64,000 bases of DNA, from NCBI RefSeq assembly GCF_009914755.1, contig NC_060926.1; one strand, 5' to 3'. Shown here piece by piece: positions 14,490 through 28,050 of this stretch. Every line of letters starts with the position of its first letter. Position 1 is the stretch's first letter. Position numbers and translations under genes: made by a program. The DNA is from the human T2T-CHM13v2.0 reference genome, Homo sapiens. The notes below the pieces were generated by a model that was not told the origin of the DNA, ran no database searches, and worked only from the letters and a program-made list of their open reading frames with translations.

Positions 14490-14914
14490 CATGTACAAAT
14501 TAAATAATGAGATTCTTTCTTCAGTCAAATTGGCAATGTGTGTGTGTATTTTAACTTTTACTTAATATCCAGTAACTGATACATGGAAAAATATCTAAAT
14601 GTTAATAAGTATGAAAGTGCTTAAGTAATTTATAGCTCAGTCATCCTGTGAAGCTAGGCAGGCTTGAAAAAGAATGATTTTGAGTTACAAGGCCCTAAAA
14701 AGATGGGCAAGGTATAATAATTTTTAAAACCTTAACAATAAACACCACAATGTATGGGAAATTGTGAGTCATCTTTAATGTTAATGTTAGAAAAATACGA
14801 ACAAACGACAGACATACATTTTTAATGGCAAAATCATATCCAGAAGGATTCATATAACTGTAATAGGAGTGACTATCTAGGAGTGGTAATAAGTGAGAGA
14901 TTTACAGTAGGATT

Positions 14915-14951
<37 letters not shown>

Positions 14952-15000
14952 CAATTATATTTTTATATAATTATTACAAGAAGTTTATATAATAAACCTA
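14490..15000 (+). mobile_element. Ancient L1ME 3' fragment containing (TG)n at 14918-14950
   Basis: AAATTAAATAATGAGAT...CAAATTGGCAA...AAATGTTAATAAG...AAAAAGAATGA; weak similarity only. Confidence 0.4.
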
Positions 15001-16385
15001 CATATTATATATATAATAGATATATATACATGATAATCTTTTGGTTTTGGGTATGTATTGTATGTGACTTCTATCATTTGTACTGAGGCTTTGACTCAAA
15101 CTAGGAGAAAAATAAGTAATTTTTGTTTCTGAACCTAGGAAAACACTAAAGTCTCATATGGGATGTAAGTCATATTTTCAATGAATGCCAGTTAGCATGT
15201 TTTACAGAAAGGATTTGATATATATGTCTCTGCTGTCAAGTGTGCCGATAGTTACAATGTGGATTCTTTACATCATGGAGCTTTTTGGGTCCTGGTGGTT
15301 TTGCAGATGCCTCTATAGTCTCTTGTGGGGTCTTGAGTTCCATCAGGCACTCTAATTCCTTAAATAAGTTTCAGTTTGTGGTTTTAGCTGATTAGAGTAG
15401 AAATCAAACACTTGCATACAAATAATTGCTAATGAAGAATTTTATTACTTGGCCTTTCCCTGTGACACAAACCTAGACATACTTTTTTTTATGGCAGATC
15501 TTGCAAACTAAAGGGGCTTTCCTGCAAAGACTGCCTGATGCAAAATTATAATAATAGCTATCGTTTGTTAAACATTAAATATACTTCAAGCTTCTTACCA
15601 TTGTTATCACTAATTTTCTTAACTGCCCTGTGACTGAAGTCTTTTCCTTCCTCTCTCATTCCCTTCCCTCCACTCCCCTTTTTCTCCCATTCTTCCTCCC
15701 TCCTTCCCTTCCTTCCTTCCAAATACTTCCTGTTAAATTAGCATTACTTTCCCATCTCAGATCATATTTATCTCTTGGACTACAGCCTCCAATGAGCCTA
15801 GTTATCTAAACCACACACTTGACAATAAACATGCACTGGCTGTTTTATGACACTTCTTCAACTGTTTGATTGAACCATTCTACTCTGCATATCCTGGCAC
15901 ATAACTTTGAGTGTTGTGGTCTGGCTTGTTTTTTTAAATTTCATACTTTATTGCTTATTCTATAAAATTCTACCTTTCATTTTAAGTATTATATAAATTT
16001 TAAAATGCCTTGCCATATATTAGTAGGTTTCACCTTCACAACAAATCCATTAAATAGTGTTGGATGTATGTCATTCTCCCCTTTTGGGAGGTTTTGAAAA
16101 TAAAATAAATAATTCAGACCCACACAGAAGAGTATGAAATAATATCTATAATTCTTGCCTTAGCATGACCTTTAACACCATAATATTAAATTTTAACTGC
16201 AATATTTTTGGAATTTTAAGCAGTGAAATGTACATGTTCACCTTCGTTTTCTCTTTGAATAAATGCATATGTATTATGCAAGGATTACTGGCTCTGTTTT
16301 CCTTCTAATAGTGTGTATAATATTACAATATCATGGGTAATGATCAATAATTATAATAATCATTACCATAATTTAACTATCTATG

Positions 16386-16544
16386 CAGTGGTTATCAACA
16401 TGATAGAACTATTTTTAAGCATAATTGCTCTCCTTTGTAATCCTACATATTTTATTTTGTGCATTTAAGAATATTATTCTGAGATGAAGTCTCTAGGCTT
16501 CACTACTGCCTAGCAGCCTATGACACAGAAAGTAGGAGCCAGTG
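16386..16544. mobile_element. Charlie4z-like hAT MITE
   Basis: CAGTGGTTATCAAC terminus; CCTTTGTAATCCTA..TATTTTATTTTGTGCATTTAAGAATATTATTCTGAGA...TAGGCTTCAC. Confidence 0.7.
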
Positions 16545-16814
16545 TTCTGTATAATTTGTAGCACTGAACACAGGTTCTGCAATTTTCAAATAACTGAATG
16601 CATGCACAAATGCACAAATAAACTTTACTTACTAAGTCAAATTACTTATTTTACAAAAAAAGTTTTACTTCACAATAGCCTTTTGAGATTTGATTAGAGC
16701 CAATTTATATTTTAATATACTATTTACACTTTTCTATTCTATGTACCATTTGAGCAAGGCGAGCTCACATTCAAAGGGAGGTCATATTCATGGTGAAGAG
16801 AAAGAAGATTTTCT

Positions 16815-17075
16815 CAGAAAACTGAAGTCCTAGCTTCAGGGTCTGTCTCCTTGAGTAAAACAGTTAACTCCTTTAACTTCACCTTCCTCATAACTGACAT
16901 AGTCATCCATTCATTCACTCCAACAACAAATATTTATTAATAATTGCCTATTATATGTCATAAGCTGTGCTAATGGGGCATAATAATGCTTTGCCTTTCA
17001 TGAGGTCGTCGTGAGAATCAAATGACAATGTATGTGAAAAGTACCTTATACAATTTAATAGGCTACAAATATAAG
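16815..17075 (+). mobile_element. MIR-family element with nested minus-strand L2 3' tip (about 16905-16972)
   Basis: MIR core CTTCCTCAT...ATGGGGCATAATAATG...GTGAGAATCAAATGA split by CATTCATTCA...AAATATTTATT...TGCCTATTATATG. Confidence 0.55.
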
Positions 17076-17307
17076 AAACATTTCTAATGCCCTACGTGAT
17101 TTTAAATTGCTTTCTGAAATAGAGGACAAAATTATATTCAGCTGAGCTTTAATATTCAGGGAATTTTATTGAATTATAATTCTTGGAAATTGCTTTTATA
17201 TTGTAACTTTCTTTAAAATGTATTACCCATTTTACATTTTATCAGAATACCAGGTTTCCTACCACACTATATAATCAAAAATTATTTATCAGAAGTTTTT
17301 TATACAC

Positions 17308-17378
17308 TGTGTGTGTACGCGTGTGTCTGTGCGTGTATGTGTGTGTCTGTGCATGTGTGTATGTGTGTGTGTGTCTGT
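17308..17378. repeat. Degenerate (TG)n
   Basis: Direct reading. Confidence 0.9.
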
Positions 17379-18029
17379 CTTTGGGTTGGGGATGTTCAAG
17401 TTATCTCATTAGCATTTTCAATTGCGAGAAACTTTACTTAGAAGCTTGTTATTGCGTCTCTAAATATATACAAATTTTTATGATACCATTATTATTTAAA
17501 TGTCCTCTCTTATCCTCCAATTGAAAATTACTGCCCTTCGCATAGTTACTTTGTGCTTGATAGTCATAATTAACCTGTCTGTGGCCTTGCAGCTATGTCT
17601 GTAGAAGACATTCATAAAACAGGCATCTGCTCTATGGTACCCATATTATTTTTTCTATTCTGTCTAATATGAAGACACCATGGATTTATTTCTAAGGCAA
17701 GCCTCACCAGAGTTGAAGAGGTTTGTTTTATAGCACTTAACCTTTTTGGAAAAAATATGTATATTTATATATGTTTAATATACATATGTTTAATTCAACA
17801 CTAAACAAGCATTTATTGGTACTCATTTTTATGTCCAGAACTATTTTAACTGTTGCCAGAATAATGAAATATGATCAGCATATGGTCCTATTAGATTAAA
17901 AAATATAAAAGCACACAGTGGTTAAACTGTCAAGTTTTGATGAGGTGTTCAACATGAATTAACTCCATTTTTCATAGAGAAAACTAGAACTGAATTAATC
18001 TTTAAAAATATTAGGGTTGGGGTAGTAGT

Positions 18030-18461
18030 GCAATAGATTATATGTGCGTTTGGTTTTTTTTTTTCACAAATATTAGCTGCACCTCCTTAGGAGATAATCA
18101 TAATTTCTTGTTCCACCGGCTCCAAGTGTGGCAATTAGTTTTGCTCTGAATAATGAAATGTGAGCAAAAGTAACATGTGTTACCTATAGGAAAAAGTTTT
18201 TGGCTCTAGTACAAGGATACTCATGATTCCTCTTTTTTTTTGTCATGAGAGTGGCAAGGCAGTAGAAAGAGACTGCTTCTGGATTTTGACTTCCAAATCA
18301 GTTTGGATTTTAGGTTGGAGAATGTATGAAGCAGAGTCAAAACTGACCCATGTTAGTCAAGTGTCACTGGCAAAAAATAAACATTTGCTATTGCTAGCCA
18401 CTGAAATGTTGAGGTCATGTATGACTTCAGCATAACCTGTCTCTTCCAAGTGATGCTAACA
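18030..18461 (+). mobile_element. MLT1I/J-like LTR
   Basis: AATGAAATGTGAGCAAAAGTAACATGTGTTAC...AATAAAC...AGCCACTGAAATGTTGAGG...CAGCATAACCT. Confidence 0.7.
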
Positions 18462-18862
18462 AATCGACTTCTTGGGGGCTTTTAATTGCATTTCAATCCC
18501 CTTTGTTAGTACTAGCCCATAGACGGTGCTCACTAACTGTTGAATAAATTAACAATATATAATAATTTTAAGTGAAACATACTAAACGTTGGGAATGCAA
18601 CTTAAGAAGATAAAATAATAATACTGCTGATCATTAAATTACTAATTATCTTATTGACAATCAGACATACATATCTCCATCTGTAATATCATGTAATAAC
18701 TGGAGTGACAGAGGCATGTACAAAGAATATAAGTTTCTAAGAAAGGGGTGCTTAATTCAGAATGGAGCAGGTGTAGCTTTATTCCCCTCTGCCCATTCAT
18801 TACCAATACCCCTGTCTGCTTTACCCACTTGTTTCCAAGGAAAGGGTCTCTGACAGTTTAAT

Positions 18863-19405
18863 TGGCATATAGTTTTCATTGTTTCTGTAATCGATTACCA
18901 TAAACTTGTGGCTAAAATAACAAAAATATACTCTATTACAGTTCTTTATAATAGAAGTCCGACACAGGTCTTGATGAGTTAAAATCAAGGTGTTGGTAGG
19001 GCTATATATTTTTGTTTGTTTGTTTGTTTTGTTTTGTTTTCTGTAGGATCTGGGAAAGAATTCACTTTCTTGTCTTTTCCAGCTTCTAGAGGCTACACAC
19101 ATTCCTTGCCTCATGGATGCTTCCCCCATCTTCAAAGCCAGCTATGGCAGGTCAAGTCACTTACACACTATATCACAGCTTTGACCTTTTCTTCTTCCTC
19201 CCTCTTCTACTTTTAAGAACCCTGATGGTCACATTGCGCCTACCCACATAATACAGGATAATGTCTCTATTTTAACATCAGCTGATTAGCAGCCTTAATT
19301 CTATATGCAACTCATTTTTCTTTGCCAAGTAAGGTAACAAATTCACAGGTTCCAGAAATTAGGGCTTGGATATCTTTGCACAGGGCTATTATTCTGCCTA
19401 CCACA
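18863..19405 (-). mobile_element. MLT1D LTR
   Basis: AAAATCAAGGTGTTGGTAGGGCT, TTTTCCAGCTTCTAGAGGCT, TCAGCTGATTAGCAGCCTTAATTC, ends ATTCTGCCTACCACA. Confidence 0.88.
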
Positions 19406-21084
19406 ATTACCACCCAATGAGGTTCATTGGACTAGATGAGGCTAAACTTAAATGTTTTAAAATACGAATATGCCCTCTCTGATTCCTGGTTCAGACTTGG
19501 GTCAGGACAGCTTGCGGAGGCAGCCAAGTCATTCTCTAGATTTTGCACTATTGCAAGTGTCCAAGAAAATGAATTCACTTGGAGCCATCTCTTTGTTCTC
19601 TCTGTTCTCTCTGTAGGCATACATGCCCCAGCAGTTTTCATGAGGTAGACCGTGAGAGAGAAATTAGAATCACAACTCGAGACTAAAATCTAAGTTACAT
19701 CTATCAGTTACATATTTATCAAAAAGTCCTGATTCAAGCTCAGTTGTTTATAAAATGGTAATATGTGTCTCATTCTTCCATTGTTTCTCAGAAGTGCATT
19801 CTTTGAGAACCCTGACGTCATGAAATTCTGGCAGCAAAATTAGATTAAGAGGAATGGAAGGTTGACTTATGCTACTGTTATTCCTGGGAAAAATTTATTA
19901 TTTTCTGATCACCCCAAGAGGATACTTGGAAGTTAGTTGATTTGAGTGCTGACATCAGGGGAGAGAGGACGTCAGTGGTCCAAAATGAAAGCCACTGGAG
20001 ACTCAGTGGTTTCATAACATCAACTAGAACTGAGGTGAGGATATTTAAGGCAGGAGATAGGGTATAATAATTAGGACCAAATTAATTATGGAGACTGCAT
20101 TTGCTCTGTACATCTCATTGTTGTGTGAATAAATGTACAATCTGAACACATTATATTAGCTGCATGTGTATGCTGCCTTTCCCAAACTTAACCAAAATAG
20201 CCTTTGATAAGACAAATTTGAGTTTTGGAAAATGGCAATTTTCTAGGGCCTTAGTAATGTCCCAGAGTGGGAGAGTAAAAAGTATATTTACTGAGATTTT
20301 ACATCTGGTTTAAGGCAGTTCTCTCAGTGCAAGGGCTTGGTTAGGATTGAAGAAAGGCCATGATATAATAGCTTAATATATGTGAACAGAATAAGGCAAG
20401 GATTCTGAGGTAATGGTTTCAAAGACTCTTTGGCATAAATCATAGTTTGAAACTTTCTCTGGTAGATCTGATGAGTATTTTAAGAGGTTTCTTAAATGTG
20501 CAACAAAGATGTGTGCAGCTCTAACTTCCTAGGCAAAAATCTCCTGGGATAAATAATAAAGAATAAAGACATATTGATAAATAAATAACAGTGCCATGTT
20601 AAATAAATAAAGAGTAAACTGTGGGGATGATCTCTGTTCTCATGATAAAGAAACACAGCAGAGACAACGTATCTTAGCATGTATAAAGTCACTCAATAAA
20701 TTATTGAATCAGGACAACATCTCAATATTATTCAAGATACAAGATGATTTCCAAAGACCACAAAATCCTTTGTGTTTCATTCAGCACCTAATTCATCGAG
20801 TTATATCCCAGACGTAAGAAAAGTTACTGCTGATTTCTGAGATATTAAATGAGATAGCATATTGGAGTGAAATGAGTCTGTGATACATACCACTCAGCTA
20901 TTTTCCAACATTGTTAACAAACTCGTCCCAAGTTTCTAGAAAGAAGCAGCTACCAACAAAGAGTGATATCATTCTTTGGGGATCTTAATGATGAAATTTT
21001 AACTTTCATGGAGAGGGAATTTTCCAGCTCACTGGAGTAGTATGTGATCTAATGATTATAAGTCAATTATCCATGATAAATAGT

Positions 21085-21215
21085 GCATGTGGGGCTTAAT
21101 ACATAGGTGATGGGTTGATAGAGGCAGCAAACCACCATGGCACATGTATACCTATGTAACAAACCTGAACGTACTGCATTTATCCCAGAACTTTAATTTA
21201 ATTTAAGAAAAGAAA
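21085..21215 (+). mobile_element. L1PA (older primate) 3' tip
   Basis: GGGCTTAATACATAGGTGATGGGTTGATAG..GCAGCAAACCACCATGGCACATGTATACCTATGTAACAAACCTG. Confidence 0.9.
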
Positions 21216-21788
21216 TACATACCCACACACAAGAAGACTAAGATCAGCAATTACTACTGATTGAGTCCTTCGGAAATCAAAATCAGGAGCTGCACCAAAC
21301 CATACATGAAGGAAATGTTAATGTACTATGAAAAGATGTTCATAAGGTACTTAGGATCCAGTTGAAGGTGAGAGTTTTTTAAGGGTGTAGGGTTTCCAGA
21401 TTCTGATGAATGTAGACTTGGGCTTTCTGGAATTATGTTCCTATCTATCTCGTTCTTCTGGGAATTTATATTTCTTCTTTCTTTCTCATAGCTCACAGGA
21501 TTGCAGTGAGAAAAACTATGGTAAATATAAACTACTATCTGTTGGCCACAGTTCAATAATCCAGGGACAGAAACAGGGCACACTTTTGGTCATTTAAGAC
21601 ATGTCCCTGAAAATGTTGGATTTGGAATCAAACAAATCAGGTAAAACTTTATTCATTCACTAAAGTTTAAAGATGTAAATAATATTCCTTATAAAGTTTG
21701 GGGAAGCAAAATATATATCTTGAAGTTAAAGGAGAGGAGTTGAAGAAAGAGATAGGAGAAAAGAGATGCAGTAATACTATATATCTTG

Positions 21789-22172
21789 TTCTTCTTCTTC
21801 TTCTTTTTTTTTTTTTTTTTTTTTTTGAGATGGAGTATCACTCTCTCACCCAGGCTGGAATGCAGTAGCATGATCATGTCTCACTACAGCCTCCACTGCC
21901 CTGGCTCAAGTGATCCTTCCACCTCAGCCTCCCAAGTAATTGGGACCATAGGTGCCTGCCACCATGCCCAGCTAATACACACACACACACACACACACAT
22001 GCACACACACAGAAACACACATATGTGCATATATTATATATGAGTGTATATTTTATATATATAATGTGTGTATTATAACATGCATGTATTATATACATGT
22101 ATATATAATTATTTGCAGAGACATGGTCTATGTTGTATTATATGACATGTGTATTATATATATATAACATGC

Positions 22173-22214
<42 letters not shown>

Positions 22215-22340
22215 ATTATTTGCAGAGACAAGGTCTCTCTATGTTGTCCATGCTGGTCTTGAACTAGTAGGCTCAAGTGATCCTCCTGCTTCAGTCCCCT
22301 AAAGTGCTGGGATCACAGGCCTGAGCCACCACACCCAGCC
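21789..22340 (-). mobile_element. AluJ with a (CA)/(TA) microsatellite expanded in the central linker (about 21976-22215)
   Basis: AluJ diagnostics GGCTCAAGTGATCCT; arms separated by about 240 bp of simple repeat. Confidence 0.92.
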
Positions 22341-22358
22341 AGTATTAGACCTCTAAAT

Positions 22359-22518
22359 CAGTGGTTCTCAAACTTGTTAAAACACAAATTTCTGGGCCCC
22401 ACCTCTAGACCTTCTTACTTAATAGATCTGTGGCAGGACTGAAGATTTGCATTTCTAACCAGTTCTTAGGTGATGCAGATGCAGATGGTCCAAAAACAAC
22501 AATGGAATGGAACCTCTG
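22359..22518. mobile_element. MER5A hAT MITE
   Basis: CAGTGGTTCTCAAACTT...ATTTGCATTTCTAAC...AGGTGATGC...GAACCTCTG; 8-bp flanks CTCTAAAT/GTCTAGAG resemble the NTCTAGAN target. Confidence 0.85.
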
Positions 22519-25388
22519 GTCTAGAGCAGTGGGGAAAAGATCAGATGTCACATGTAAAATAATTTCTTAGAAATAGGGCAAAAATATATTTGCTATCAAT
22601 CATTCACACTAGTGTTATCTTCTTCCTATTTTCAGATATTTAAATAGATTCAGTTTAACCAATAGTCAGGAAGAGTGATTTGGAGATAAAGGAGTTTCTA
22701 AGGTGGAAGGCTAGTGTGATTCTCAAAAGAGGGTGGAGTTTAAAATCAGGTGGAAATTCAGTATTTTTTCAACATAAGGGATTGGAAATTCAGCATCTCC
22801 AGCTGCCACTAATTAAACCCCTAAGATAACTGCCAAGTCTATACTTGGCTTGTCACCCCTGATTTAAAGGAAATGTCAATATGCTGAATACGGCAAAAGG
22901 GACATGGTTGCTGAAGTTCCCAAATAACAATGCATTTGACAGTTATGAAACAGCTCAACTGACAGCTTCCAGTAATGGAGCTTTTGCGTTTGGAAGAATT
23001 GGAGGCCAGAGCTAAATGTGGCACACATATAACATGTTATATTTTTGACAGAACAGTTGTAATTTAGTAGGTGTTTAAAAGAAATTACAATCTCCATGTC
23101 TTAGCCAAACTAGAAATAAAAAGCATCCACATGAAGGACATCAATGAGATAGACAGCAATTTCCATAAAAATAATTGACCCTTATGGTTCAGATATTTAA
23201 AATGAAATCCTAACAATGTCTTCTTCCAATATGGAAGATTGATTTGAACAATGGGATTTAAGTAATTCCATTTGGATCAGTTGAAATAACTGCACAGCGC
23301 TGAAAACAAGTTACACACCCACACAAATGAATTTGAGATCTGAGGGATCTGCAGTTTTCAGTAAAGAAGGATCTAGATTTTTTAAAAGAAAAGCCTCTTT
23401 TAAAAAAAAAATCACTTATGGAAGATCTCCTATAATGAAATTCCATGGTCGCATGCAAAACTTAGCATACCTTAAAACTAAGTTCTTCTTTTCATATTAT
23501 ATAAATCTTTACTAATAAATTTTAAGACTTTCTTCCCTGGGCTTTTTTTTACTGCACATGGCATGGTATAATTTAGAGAAACAAATGCATTCATTAACTT
23601 AGATACCAGATAACCCCAGTTTCTACCTTAAACTGAAAATAGATAAATTGGGAATACTAATAATTAATTAGACCAATCTCAATGGATACTTTTTTGTAAT
23701 TGGACAGTATGACAGTGGCAGTCTATACTATCTACATGGAATTTTCTAATTATTCACTGATTTTTCACTCTGAACTTAACATCTTATTATGGTAGTTGGA
23801 ATGATCAACTTTCACACACTTTGGAACATTTTATGAAACAATATTCGGAAACAGATTCAAAATAATAACATAAAATACCACAAATTAGCAATAAACAGAT
23901 GAAAATATATAACTTTAGTATCACTGATATTCCATAGATTTCAAATTATAACAAAATTCTTTCACTTGTCAAGCAAAATCATTTTTGAGGTATAATTCAC
24001 ACAAAAAATGCTGTGTAGATTTTAGTTCAGAATTTGATGGGATTTGAGAAAACTGAACACCCATGTACTTACTAACCTAACCAACATATGGGACACTCAG
24101 AACACTTAGAAAGTTTGTTACTTTCATTAAAACAGTCAGTTATCTTTTAAAGATATTTAAAAGACAAGATAATTTTTTTTTATTTACCTACATTTTACCA
24201 TTTCCATTGCACCTAATAATTTGCATAGATCCAGATTTCCACTGGGTATTTTCTTTCTGACTTAAAAAAACAATGTTTTTACATTCTTTGGAGTAGAGGT
24301 CTGCCTGTGATTAATTCTTCCAGCTGTTGTATTTCAGAAAGGTACTCATTTCACCTTTATTTTTGAAAGGTATTTTTTCTAGGTATAAAATTCTAAGTTG
24401 GCAGTTTCATCCTCTAGTACCTTAAAAATAGTGCTCCACTGTTTTGTGGGTTGCATTGTTTTTTTGACCAGAAGTCTTCTGCTGTTGTTATATTTTTTCC
24501 CCTTTACGTAATGTGTCCTTTCCGATTGCTTTTAAAATTGTCTCATTCTCAATGGTTTTGAGAAATTTGACTATGCTGTGTCTAAATGTAGTTTTCTTCA
24601 TGTTGTTTTGTTATTGAGATTTGGATTGTTAAGCTCCTTGGGTCCGTACGTTTATATATTTCAGCAAATTAGAACAATTTTGGCCATTATTTCTCAAAGA
24701 CTAGGCCACCTCATCATTTCTGTCCTTTGGGGTCTCCAATTACTGTAAACATACATTAAGCCATTGAAAGTTGTCTCATAGTTCACTGATGCACTGTTAA
24801 TTTACTACAGTGTTATCTATTTTTATTTTTCTCCTCTTTGTATGCTTTATTTTGGGTCATTTCTATTGCTGTCACTACAAGCACACTTCTGCAATGTGTA
24901 TACTGTTGTTAATTCCATATGGGGTATTTTTCATATCAGATATTTTTTCTTTTTATTCTAGATGTTTAATTTTGTTTTTTAAATTTTTTACTTCTCTAAC
25001 ATGCTCATACATTCGCTACCTGGTAGAATATATAAAGTAGAGTTACAATAAGTTTTTTATTATACTTGGGTACTAACTCTAACATCTATGTTATTTCTGA
25101 AACTATTTCTTTTTGTTGATTTTTAAATTGATAATAATTCATATTTTTATGCTTCTTTGTATGCCTGGTAATTTTTCTAAGATGTTGAATATTGTATTTA
25201 TCATGTTTAGTGCCACATACTTAAGTGTTCTGTAAATATTTCTTAGCTTTATTTTAGGACACAGTTAAGTCAATGGAAAGGTTTGATATTTCCAAGTCAT
25301 GTTTCTAAGCTTATTTTCAGAGAGCTGTTAGTCTAGAACTAATTTTTCCAAACTACTGAGGCCATATTTTTCTGAATATCCTGTCTAA

Positions 25389-25777
<389 letters not shown>

Positions 25778-25789
25778 GGAAATTTTCAT

Positions 25790-25937
25790 TTTTTATTATA
25801 TATAAAGTTTAAAATTTGATATTTTGATGTACTTATCTTGATATAAATATACACAATGAAGTGATTGCTGTAGTCAAGCAAATTAAATACTGCTCATATC
25901 TCATATAGTTACGTTTATTTCTTTTTCTTTTTGTGGT
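25790..25937 (-). mobile_element. L1MA9/MB-like 3' tip
   Basis: TATACACAATGAAGTGATTGCTGTAGTCAAGCAAATTAA...TCATATAGTTAC. Confidence 0.65.
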
Positions 25938-27819
25938 TATTTTTTGATGGGTCTGTCTTCAACCTTGGGTAGTTTCTTTATATATTTTTTTTCTCTGATT
26001 GGTCATCAGCTGAGGACTTGAAGGAAACCCTGTGTGATTTTCTGTATACAACTCTGCTCTCCATGCAGCTCTCTTCTCTCCTATAATTTGCCCTGGAAAT
26101 TCTAACTGGCCTCCCAAATTCACAGTTCTGTTTCTTCAACATAAGACTGGGTTTGGGTACCCCCTTCATGCATTGTAGCTTAGAAACTCTTGACAGGTAA
26201 AACAATGGGGCAATTACAGGGCTATTTTGTTTGTCTGTTTCTCTCTGTGTTAACTTTCCTGTGCTGGCTGTTGTCCAATATCTGAAAACTGTTGTTTCAT
26301 ATATTGTGTCTGGGTCACTCGTTGTTTAAGGCAGGAGTACAAAATCAGTTCATTTTACTCCATCTTGGTCAAAAGCTAAAGGTGCAATAGATCAGTCGAG
26401 AAAGTAAAAATATCTAACTTAGCAACTCAAAATATTCCATGTCACCAATGGAACATTTAAACACAGGCCTTGTTGTTAAATTCTTTTGCATGAGTTTTCT
26501 CTGCAGTTGAGATCAAATTGTGAAATTTTATCTGTGTTTCTTCTTGTTATATAGTTAGTGTCTATAAAGAAACCTAATTGTCAATAATCACTGGATGATC
26601 AATTTTTGTATAAAATAGGTTGATGTTATAACAGTAATGACAAGTCTTAAAATTATATGCAAACATACATCCATTTTCATCTTGATATCTCAATTTGCTT
26701 CTTGAAATATAGAGAAAGACACAGAAAACAAAATGCTGTGAATAAAGTAAAAGCTAAATGAGAAAACACACTTCAGTGTAAGATGAAAAGTGATATTTCT
26801 GCTGAGTCTAATGCATTGATGTTACTTAGGAATATATTTTGAAAAGAGACATAAATAGACCTATTTAAGGAGAATATTTTTGACAATTCAGTGTTTCTGA
26901 AAATATATTATTTCATACAATGGCAACTTTAATTCATATCAGAAACAATAATTTGTTCCAAAACTTCAACAAAGCTAGAGGGAAGATATTTCTGACCCTG
27001 TGGTTCATAAAAGAATAGCATCTATTAAATATACTAATTTAGATTTGGGTTCTAATGCAGATTTCAAAGTTTTTAAAAAAATGTATGTATGAATCGTTTC
27101 TGAGAGACTAAACAAATAGTTTTATTTGAAGGTAAATTAGAAAATGTAGTAAAATATATTTTCTCATGTATATTTTTGGTGTTTAATTTGTAAAACCAAT
27201 TAATTACTTTGAGAATATTCAAAACTAAATTTAAAAAATAGATACATGTTTTGAAAACTGACAATGTTAAAATCACCATCCTAGACTAGCTTTGTTTCAA
27301 AAGTTAACTAGTTTCCCAGATGATACCAGCCTGGAGTTAAATGTGGGAATGATATTCCCAATCAAATTGATTTTCAATGTTTCTGTTTTTAATGGTTAAT
27401 TTCCTTACTTCACCTTACAGTTCTGGTATTAGGCTTTGTTAGTATATTATAATTTCTAGTACATTATATTTGATTTGTACTGGCCATGGGTTAATCAAAG
27501 AAAATACACTACTACTAAAATTAAATATACCACAACATCTGTGGTCTCTTCCATAACTGACTTGTAGGTGCATGTTACAGAAGGTATCTAAACACCTAAT
27601 GAAGTGAAAGGAAGGAGGAGAGAAAGGAAGAAACAAATGAAGGGGAAAAAGAAAAGAGAAAAATATGAACTGGGAAGCAATCAAAAGCTGGCAATTTTCT
27701 TTGACATCTTCCTGTGTCTCTTTTCATGTCTATTTCAATCTTTTCCTTCATAAAAACAATTTTCTAAGGTCTCTCTGTCCACATAGTATAACTCCCTAAA
27801 CTTACATATTTTAAATGCC

Positions 27820-28050
27820 CTTCAGTTTCACCAGCAAAGAGAAGCTTATTAGTTGTCTCTGATCCCCAATTTTATAATCCCTATAACAAAACTGGATCAT
27901 ATGTCTACTTCTGGTCTAAGCAACTAGACAGAGTTGAGGAAACAGTAGTAGTTCGTGAACAGAGTGATTGGCAACCCTAAGGAAGGAGAAAGATATTCTC
28001 ACAGAAAAGAGTTATGATAAGCTGGACAGAACTGCCAAAATATATCTACA
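27820..28050 (-). mobile_element. Old MLT1 (K/L-like) LTR fragment
   Basis: GGATCATATGTCTACTTCTGG...GTGATTGGCA...GCTGGACAGA; weak. Confidence 0.4.

Noticed and set aside
19915-20540. Possible old ERV1-type LTR
   Set aside because: Could not identify termini, TSD or family with confidence.
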